Shown piece by piece: positions 48,765 through 59,643 of a stretch of 64,000 bases of DNA. The DNA lies in assembly GCA_030141605.1 (NCBI GenBank), contig JAQGDQ010000436.1, forward strand, positions 124,001-188,000, in the 5' to 3' direction. A program made the position numbers and the translations under genes. Source of the DNA: Tubiluchus corallicola. Taxonomy: Eukaryota; Animalia; Priapulida. Numbering within the stretch: position 1 is the stretch's first letter; each line of letters starts with the position of its first letter. Under the pieces are notes generated by a model. The model worked only from the letters and a program-made list of their open reading frames with translations, ran no database searches and was not told where the DNA came from.

Positions 48765-51700
48765 GTGCTTGAAGAATTGTTTGCGTAAAGTTAATCCGGA
48801 CGAGACACTAGCGCTAAGAGCCGTGTGCACAACTTGCAAGAACGACAGCGAACCATTTCACTTCATTTGGACCGTTTATTCGGTAACTGAAAGTAAAGAT
48901 GTCTCCGATGATTTTTCTACGAGAGTCAGCAGCGATACGGACATCTTCATCGTCGGAAGGAATGTTTTAATCGAAGATTTTGTTTACAAGGTTAAAGCTG
49001 AAGGTAATAAAGTTTTGTTCACACACCTGTTGTCGTGACGCTAAAGTTGTCGCTGGGTTGTTTTGGGGAGAGCCAACAACCGACATTGGCAGGTTTGTCA
49101 GACTGTTTTTGAAGTTGCGATGTTCGTGTTAAACAGATGAAATCAATGGATGAAAACATGGTTTAACTTTGCGATCTGTGTTTTACTCAAAATCATAGTC
49201 TCATAGTCAATCCACATTGGTTTAACTTTGCAATCTGCATTTTACTCGAAATCATAGTCTCATAGTCAATCCACATTGGTTTAACTTTGCTATCTGTATT
49301 TTACACAAAATCATAATCTCATAGTCAATCCACATATACACAAAAATGGTAAACAAAATCAACAGTAGTAAACAAGGTCAAAGTAAATACATCAGCCAAT
49401 GTATCATGGCATCTAAGTCAAAACATTGTTAGAACCGCACAACTGTTTAAGCCTATTTCTAATCTAAATGTCTGTTTGCTTTCTAATCTTGCTACCAAGT
49501 GTGCAAAACTACTACATTCACAGAGAAGCCAAGTGACCCAGTTCCATACAAACATATAGCAGTAGCAAGTACATTTATTGGAAACTTCAAAGTGTACAAA
49601 CAGATGTCAGCACTGACTTAGTGGTAATGAAAAACAAAAGTTTAAAACTACAAATCAAAATTAATAATAAACTGTAAATTAAATGCTCGCACTGCGACAC
49701 TTGTGCCCAATAATTCTCGGTGATTTTCACTGTCTATGCTGAGAATAAAAGCAAGAGATTGTCTTCTCCAATTATTCAGTTTAAGAGTAAATAAAATATG
49801 CAATTTTTTTCAACACTGACGATGTAGCTATAGTTATACTAACTGTAATAATCTGTTAATAATGATGATAATATTTATTGATCTTTTCAGCGCTACACTA
49901 CTTCTAAGTATGGCTGACAAGTAGAATTAATTAATGTATAAAAATACAAAGCAAAATATAAAGGCACAACAGTGAATTACATGTTTTAATGTAGAAAAAC
50001 GTTCACTGAGCCACAAGTCAAAACAGTGATAATACAGTCAACCTCGGGTATAAGATACTCGCTTGTAAGGGACCACCAACACCGGTCCTGATTTTTAGTA
50101 ACGTTTTTCCTATTTAAAAATCTTCGTATATAAGATATTTGGATATACGGGACTTATGGTTATAAGGGACGATATCTTCAGGTCCCACATAATAGAAACC
50201 CAGGTAAATTACCTCGCATATAAAGGACCCTATGATCAAAGCGAAATTGATCGATTTGTAACCTAAATTTTTCGCAAACTCGGTCTTCGAACGGCTCGGT
50301 TTCCGCAGTCACATACATCTCGCATCACTGAAGGAGCTTCCTACGTACCGTTTGCACTGAATGTGTAGCAATAATCCGTAAAAATATGGGTAAAAGTACA
50401 GAAAAGTACAGGTCTAGATACACCCTCGGTCTGACTCAACTTCGGCTATAAGGGACTTCGGCTATAAGGGACGATTTTTTCCGGTTTGGAAGTGTCCCTT
50501 ATATCGGAGGTTGACTAAGTGAAATTCGTTAAAATTAGGCTGTTTAGGTGAAATAGATATTAAAACGGCAGGCATGTCGTTAATTGAGTTTTAAAAGTCG
50601 CTGCATTACTACTACTGGAATTTATTCCATGAGGCTGGAGTAGCTACGGACAAATCTCTGTTGCTTTAACGCTTCATTGTGTTTACTGAGCAGGAAAAAA
50701 CTTTGTATTTGGACCAGCCCATCTAAGACTACAGTGTGAGACCAGCCCATCTAAGACTACAATGTGAGACCAGCCCATCTAAGACTACAATGTGAGACCA
50801 GCCCATCTAAGACTACAATGTGAGGCCAGCCCATCTAAGACTACAATGGGGGATATATGTGCTAATCATTTCTAAGATAAACAAGTGTTTCGTGATTGTT
50901 GTTAATTGAAGTTTATTTAATTATTTTATTTTAATGCATAAAGTGTGGTATTGAAATAATCTAGATTTGACGACACAGAATGTGATTTTTCTGTCCATAC
51001 ATAAATTTCATTTTTTATTTTTGTACATACAAGCACAAAAGTGGCATTTGTTTGATTCATTTTTTATTTTTTTATTTTATTTATTTCATTTTATTTTACT
51101 TTATTCACACCCAATAGTAAAAAGGGTGTATAATAATAGCAAATATTGTTTTATTTATTTTGTTTTATTTTACTTTATTCACACCCAATAGTAAAAAGGG
51201 TGTATAATAAAAGCAAATATTGTTTTATTTATTTTGTTTTATTTTACTTTATTCACACCCAATAGTAAAAAGGGTGTATAATAAAAGCAAATATTGTTTT
51301 ATTTATTTTGTTTTATTTTACTTTATTCACACCCAATAGTAAAAAGGGTGTATAATAAAAGCAAACATTGTTTTATTTATTTTGTTTTATTTTACTTTAT
51401 TCACACCCAATAGTAAAAAGGGTGTATAATAAAAGCAAACATTGTTTTATTTATTTTGTTTTAATTTACTTTATTCACACCCAATAGTAAAAAGGGTCTA
51501 TAATAAAAGCAAATATTGTTTTATTTATTTTGTTTTATTTTACTTTATTCACACCCAATAGCAAAAAGGGTGTATAATAAAACCAATATTGTTTTATCTA
51601 TTTATATTTTACTTTATTCACACCCAATAGTAAAAAGGGTGTATAATAAAAGCAAACATTGTTTTATTTATTTTGTTTTAATTTACTTTATTCACACCCA

Positions 51701-54700
51701 ATAGTAAAAAGGGTCTATAATAAAAGCAAATATTGTTTTATTTATTTTGTTTTAATTTACTTTATTCACACCCAATAGTAAAAAGGGTGTATAATAAAAG
51801 CAAACATTGTTTTATTTATTTTGTTTTAATTTACTTTATTCACACCCAATAGTAAAAAGGGTGTATAATAAAAGCAAACATTGTTTTATTTATTTTGTTT
51901 TAATTTACTTTATTCACACCCAATAGTAAAAAGGGTCTATAATAAAAGCAAATATTGTTTTATTTATTTTGTTTTATTTTACTTTATTCACACCCAATAG
52001 CAAAAAGGGTGTATAATAAAACCAATATAATTAGAACACATTGGCAAAAAGCGTTCAAATAGAATGTTTGAAAGAGAACTGTAGAGACACGAAGAGATGA
52101 ACTGCTTGAACGTGTTCATTATGTATAATAAATTTATGTAAATTTTCTTTATCTAAGCAGCTTTTAAATAATTTAATATTTTGTGCAGTTACGATGGACG
52201 GTCTAGACCTGAATGTTTTAGTATTAATAAATTTCCAGGAACAAGACTTGATGTGAGTGGAGTGTTTACAGTTTACAAGTTTACTGTAAATAATGCTCCC
52301 ATTAGAGGCACCTGTGATGTAAGTCCATCCAAAGGTGAGTTCTCATGTACGACATTCACAGTATACTAGTAAATATTAACTGTTTGTGGTCTGTTATGTA
52401 TGTATATTGTGTGTGTGTGTGTGTGTGTGCGTGTATGTGTGTGTGTGTGTGTGCGCGAGCATGTGTGTGTGTGTGCGCGTGAGCATTGTGTGCGTTTGTG
52501 TGTATGTGCGCGCGTGCGTGTGTGTGTGTGTGCGCATTAGCATTGTGTGTGTGACCGTGCGATGGGGGTGCGGGAGCAATGGTTTTGGTGGGTGTGGGTG
52601 TGTTGCATATCAGAATTGTCCATAAGTCGGCAATTAAGCTTTTCTAGTTATTCAAATATCCTGAATCTCCATTTCATGAGGATCATTTTGATACCAAGTT
52701 CATTACTCTATGTTATTTCTAAGCTGAGACAATCCAGTTGAGATGCAGGCTGCACACTGGAAAACATAATCTTGAGAAAATCACTGTTAAAGTCAGCCAT
52801 TGTTTTTTGTCGTGTTTCTACAAAACTTAGCAACCGCACAAATGTTGGTTGCTATGGACTTTGCAAGAACACGTTGAAGTTATGTTTAAATCCAACAGCT
52901 GACCTTTCCTGACGAAAATATGGGCTTTGCAACAGAAAAAATGCAAAACAAAATGACTGCTTCCATGAGCTACTTACGGAAGGTTGAAAATAAAAGTTTT
53001 TTACAATTGCTGTACTTGTTTCTAGCCATAAAAGTGGGTAAGGAGTTATAAAATAAAATTTTTAGTGTTTGAGCACTTTCTTGATAATCTGATGCTAGAA
53101 TAAAAAAGTCCAATATATTTAGCTTTTGTTTTCATAAAAAATAAAAAATTAACATTAGACCAAGTTTTTGGTGGATTCTACTTGGAAGTATCATAATGTA
53201 GTTTTAACTATACCGACTTATGGACAGTTTTGGTTTTGCAAGCACATACACACGTACATATATATATATTTTATTTACAAATTCAACCACAACATATAAA
53301 CTAATTTGTCCAGTTATAGGCAAGATGCACCGTTACGTGAAATATAAAATGAGTGCGATATTAATTACAATCGAAAATATTTTCAAGAGTTGAGTTACTT
53401 ATAAATTAGTATTTCCGCAAGATTTATTAAGTTTATACCAAAATATTTGGCTTTATTTACATGTAAAGTGAGTCAGCTGATTTATTTACTTTGTTACGAA
53501 TTTGGTCAGTTGAGAATTGAATTTGGTGCAAAAGAAAGTTGAACATGTTTTACGAATTTGGTCAGTTGAGAATTGAATTTGGTGCAAAAGAGAGTTGAAC
53601 ATGTTTTACGAATTTGGTCATTTGAGAATTGAATTTGGTGCAAAAGAGAGTTGAACATGTTTTACGAATTTGGTCAGTTGAGAATTGAATTTGGTGCAAA
53701 AGAAAGTTGAACATGTTTTACGAATTTGGTCAGTTGAGAATTGAATTTGGTGCAAAAGAAAGTTGAACATGTTTTACGAATTTGGTCAGTTGAGAATTGA
53801 ATTTGGTGCAAAAGAAAGTTGAACATGTTTTACGAATTTGGTCAGTTGAGAATTGAATTTGGTGCAAAAGAGAGTTGAACATGTCTTACTAATTTGGTCA
53901 GTTGAGAATTGAATTTGGTGCAAAAGAGAGTTGAACATGTTTTACGAATTTGGTCAGTTGAGAATTGAATTTAGTGCAAAAGAGAGTTGAACATGTTTTA
54001 CGAATTTGGTCAGTTGAGAATTGAATTTGGTGCAAAAGAGAGTTGAACATGTTTTACGAATTTGGTCAGTTGAGAATTGAATTTGGTGCAAAAGAGAGTT
54101 GAACATGTTTTACGAATTTGGTCAGTTGAGAATTGAATTTGGTGCAAAAGAGAGTTGAACATGTTTTACGAATTTGGTCAGTTGAGAATTGAATTTGGTG
54201 CAAAAGAGAGTTGAACGTGTTTTACGAATTTGGTCAGTTGAGAATTGAATTTAGTGCAAAAGAGAGTTGAACATGTTTTACGAATTTGGTGTCAGTTGAG
54301 AATTGAATTTGGTGCAAAAGAGAGTTGAACATGTTTTACGAATTTGGTCAGTTGAGAATTGAATTTGGTGCAAAAGAGAGTTGAACATGTTTTACGAATT
54401 TGGTCAGTTGAGAATTGAATTTGGTGCAAAAGAGAGTTGAGCATGTTTTACGAATTTGGTCAGTTGAGAATTGAATTTGGTGCAAAAGAGAGTTGAACAT
54501 GTTTTACGAATTTGGTCAGTTGAGAATTGAATTTTTGTGCAAAAGAGAGTTGAACATGTTTTACGAATTTGGTCAGTTGAGAATTGAATTTGGTGCAAAA
54601 GAGAGTTGAACATGTTTTACGAATTTGGTCAGTTGAGAATTGAATTTGGTGCAAAAGAGAGTTGAACATGTCTTACGAATTTGGTCAGTTGAGAATTGAA

Positions 54701-57700
54701 TTTGGTGCAAAAGAGATTAAACATGTTTTACGAATTTGGTCAGTTGAGAATTGAATTTGGTGCAAAAGAGAGTTGAACATGTTTTACAAATTTGGTCAGT
54801 TGAGAATTGAATTTGGTGCAAAAGAGAGTTGAACATGTTGCTACAAAAACCCTTGAAGTATTTCAAGCAGAAATTGTTTTGCCTTGTATTCTTCGCTGGC
54901 ATTTATGTACATTGGTTGTTTGTGTCAAGGAATTGCTCTGCAAACCGAATTCAAAATAAGATGTGAAAGATTTGAAGACGAAGATGCACCGCTGACGTAC
55001 ACGTTTTACTACAAAACCGGAGCCGAAAAATTGGCAAACATCAGCGACACCGGAAGCATTAAAGGTAACGAACATTATTGAGTTTACCTGAGATTATTAT
55101 GAATAACTAATTCTTTTGCAATCCACTTACCATTCCTTGTGTTAATTCAATTATTTATTATATATTTATTCAACATATATTATATTATTATATTTATTTT
55201 ATCTATTTATTACATTTATATTATATCATATCATATTATATTACATTACATTACATTACATTACATTACATTACATTACATTACATTACATTACATTACA
55301 TTACATTACATTACATTACATTACACCACACCACACCACACCACACCACACCACACCACACTACACTATATATATACTCATACATATTTTGAACTCCTTT
55401 CTATTTCTCTTTTTCTCTATCTTTGTTTGTTATTTTATCTTAACTATCTATCTATCTTTTATATCATCTCATAGATGAGCTTCATTCATTACACCATTCC
55501 ATTTTAAGCACTTATGTTTTCTTTATCACGCGATTCACTTTAAATATTCAGATTATTTCCATTACTTTTTTTTCTTTCACAGTGTGGGACAATCTAACAA
55601 GCCCTGCTTTTTCATTGCCCGCAACACATTTACATTTATATATGTAGCAAACCTAAACTATGGTATATCTAAACTAGTTATGTGCTCAATGTAAACTGTA
55701 TATGAATTTACTAAGCAACATACAACAGCGATAATTCTCTTGTTTATCTTTCAACCCCACTGTGTTTTGAGAGTCAAGTTAGTATATTTGTAATGATGCT
55801 GTACATAACATTGTTTAGACACCAGTATTAAAGGAAGTAGCGATATCACTATCTTTGTTTACCATAGGTCGACCTACGTCTAAAGACAGTTTAAATCATT
55901 TGTTCCAAAATTTGCTTGCTATTATGTATCTTACTCTTTGTTATTCATCGAATTATTGATAACTTTTTGTTTCTTTTAATGTATTAATTGTGTATTTGTG
56001 TTGATATGAAATAAATAAACAAAATAAACAATAATATCTTTATTTTGCAGGAATGTTGCTGCACTACAGTATAAACCCTATTTTACCTCCGTGTATGCTT
56101 CCTCCTGGGTTACAAGAGAGAAATTATAGTGCACAAATTTTCGTCATTGTCTCTGATACTTTCAAAAGTGCTACTTTAACAGAGTTGACAATAAAGGTAC
56201 TGTATCGTAAGTGTATGATAAAGGTACTGTATCGTAAGTGTATGATAAAGGTACTGTATCGTAAGTGTATGATAAAGGTACTGTATCGTAAGTGTACGAT
56301 AAAGGTACTGTATCGTAAGTGTATGATAAAGGACTGTATCGTAAGTGTACGATAAAGGTACTGTATCGTAAGTGTATGATAAAGGTACTGTATTGTAAGT
56401 GTATGATAAAGGTACTGTATCGTAAGTGTATGATAAAGGTACTGTATCATAAGTGCATGATAAAGGTACTGTATCGTAAGTGTATGATAAAGGTACTGTA
56501 TCGTAAGTGTATGATAAAGGTACTGTATCGTAAGTGTATGATAAAGGTACTGTTTCGTAAGTGTATGATAAAGGTACTGTATCGTAAGTGTGTGATAAAG
56601 GTACTGTATCGTAAGTGTATGATAAAGGTACTGTATCGTAAGTGTATGACAAATGTACTGTATCGTAAGTGTATGATAAAGGTACTGTATCGTAAGTGTG
56701 TGATAAAGGTACTGTATCGTAAGTGTATGATAAAGGTACTGTATCGTAAGTGTATGACAAATGTACTGTATCGTAAGTGTATGATAAACGTACTGTATCG
56801 TAAGTGTATGACAAAGGTACTGTATCGTAAGTGTATGATAAAGGTACTGTATCGTAAGTGCATGATAAAGGTACTGTATCGTAAATGCATGATAAAGGTA
56901 CTGTATCGTAAGTGTATTAGCTTGTAATTTTTTCATACACGTATTTTCTACATCAAATTTGATTTAGAACATTTTCGATATGGCATAAAATTCGATTCAC
57001 AGTATAGACTAGCGTGTCGATTTATCGATAGCACAGATACAGTAAGACTTGATTTATGCAAAAACGAGTTATGTTTAAAAAAATGGTTTTTGCCACCATA
57101 ATGGTTAGTCATTGAACAGCATTTTTACTGCTGGATTTTTTTAATAAATGATTTTTTAATTTCTTTTATTCAGAATGTTTATTATTATTGTCAACATGAA
57201 TTATTTTCGATCACATAAGTACGGTAAAGTTACATACAAATAACTGATTTAATTGAAAGAAATTCTTAGACTACAGTCAACCTCGGGTACTCGCTTATAA
57301 GGGACATTCTCTTGTAAGCGATCACTAACACCGGTCCGGATATTTCGTAAAGTTTTTCCTTATAAAAATCTTAGTATGTAAGGTGCTCGGATATAAGGGA
57401 CTTTCGATTATAAGGGACAATATCTTCAAGTCCCGTGCAACAGAAACCCAAGTAAATTACCTCTCAAGTAAGGGACTCTATGATCAAAGCGAAATTGATC
57501 GATTTTTAACCCCATTTTTTCGCAAACTCGGCCTTTGAACAGCTCGGTTTCCACAGTCACATACATCTCTCATTACTGAAGGAGCTTCCTACATACCGTT
57601 TGCACTGAATGTGTCGCAATAATCCATAAAAATATGGGTAAAAGTGCAGAAATATACAGGTCATACGTGGGTTTCCCAAGTAGGACTCGTGGTACTTGAC

Positions 57701-59569
57701 TAGCTCTAATAGGACGCGTCGTACGTGGGCTTCCCAAAGAGGACGCGTCGTTCGTGGGCTTCCCAAAGAGGACGTGTCGTACGTGGGCTTTCCAAGTAGG
57801 ACGCATCGTACGTGGGCTTCCTAAGTAGGACGTGTCGTTCGTGGGGTTCCTAAGTAGGACGTGTCATTCGTGGGCTTCCTAAGTAGGACGCGTCATTCGT
57901 GGGCTTCCTAAGTAGGATGCATCGTAGGTGGGTTTCCCAAGTAGGATGTGTCGTAGGTGGGCTTCCTAAGTAGGATGCATCGTACGTGGGTTTCCCAAGT
58001 AGGACGTGTCGTACGTGGGTTTCCCAAGTAGGACGTGTCATACGTGGGCTTCCCAAGTAGGACGTGTCGTACGTGGGCTTCCAGAGTAGGACGCATCGTA
58101 CGTGGGCTTCCCAAGTAGGACGCATCGTACGTGGGCTTCCCATGTAGGACGCATCGTACGTGGGCTTCCTAAGTAGGACGACGCGTCGTTCGTGACTGGC
58201 CAAAGTAAGACACTAGAAACAGGTAACTATTTGAGTCGTTAGCCGTACTGACAGCGTCCATTGTCCTTGTTTATTTAATAATAATAATTGGAAATGTCAA
58301 TACACCTTGAATAATTTATTATACATCTGACAAAATAAAAACTCTTACTCTGAGCTAGTAGAACGGCCATTATTAAATTTGGCTTCGATATTAATAATAA
58401 TAATTTATAGTAATAATTGAAGTGAAATAATCCAGCTTTTTATTCGATTCCAACACTTGCTTAAGGTATATCATTTTTTATTTTGTCTCACTTCACAAAC
58501 AGGTGATCTAGTAGACATAGTAGAATAACTGTTCTCTAGTAAGTAAAGAGGTTAGGGAGCTATGTGTCCTACATAGTTTCTCTCTTTAAAGGTTTAAATA
58601 CTTAGTTGAATGTTATGATGATATTAATGGAGCTAATAATAATGATGATATTGTTGTAAAAAATACATTTGTAAATTGTCAAGGAATATCCATCATTATT
58701 ATAAAGTTTCTTTTCTCTAAATTTAGTTTTACATTTTATCATGTCATTATTCTCGATTCTCGACAGAAATCGCCAGTGCCCTACTTGGGCTGCCCATGTA
58801 CGACACTGCTTTTGCGCATGTTTGGCACATGCGCTTTAGCTAAAGCGTCCTACTTCGGCTGGTGGCGTGCTTCGGGCCCTACTATGCCGCCTAGTTTGTT
58901 TGCAAGCAATACCAGAAATCTTCACGCAGTGTTTCCTTGCAGCAAATAATGTGCAAAGATAGCGTTATTGCTGTAAAAATGTCCGTTAAAAGTGTAGAAG
59001 CGCTTACTTCCGGTAGAAGCATAGTTTGGCGTTTTTTTTTTTTTGGTTTAAACGAAGTGCAGATCAAGCGTTCATAATGACGGTACATATTTTTGCAACG
59101 TTTCAGCTTCGCATTATTCAGTAACGCTGAAAATTGACAAATGACGCAACCCCATGAACAAAAGACTAAACGAATAAAATATCATTTATATGAATTTGTA
59201 GAACATCACGTACAGATCCGACTCGGATAAGGAACTGGCAAAAGTGGATCTCCGTGCATCCCTAATTTGCACGCTGAACTGAAATATGTTCCCTAAAAGG
59301 AAATAATAATAGCAGACTTAGACAGTTTAGTCTTGTTGTAACGCGTCCGCTTTCGGTCTGGGAGGTCGTGAGTTCGATAGAGCGGTCGGGTAATACCAAA
59401 GACTTTAAAATGTTACCTGCTGTTGCCCTGCCTGGCGCGTGGTATTTAGGCTAAAGGTGGGGTAATAATAGTCTCTGTTATGTAGTTGTAGGTTGTTATT
59501 TACAGTCGGCGATAATAGCTCTTTGAGCTAATGTTAATTGTTGACCCCAAAAGCCGACATTAAATAAAG

Positions 59570-59643
<74 letters not shown>

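Noticed and set aside
52181-52238. Upstream acceptor at 52188 for the second REJ exon
   Set aside because: Gives phase 2, incompatible with the phase-1 donor at 49003; the acceptor at 52238 fits.
53494-54838. Regular repeat arrays (also 51070-52028 and 57663-58195) as possible CRISPR arrays
   Set aside because: Contiguous tandem units with no unique spacers, no cas genes, eukaryotic intron context.
56124-56936. Long ORFs (147-270 aa) on both strands
   Set aside because: Artefacts of the 27-bp minisatellite.
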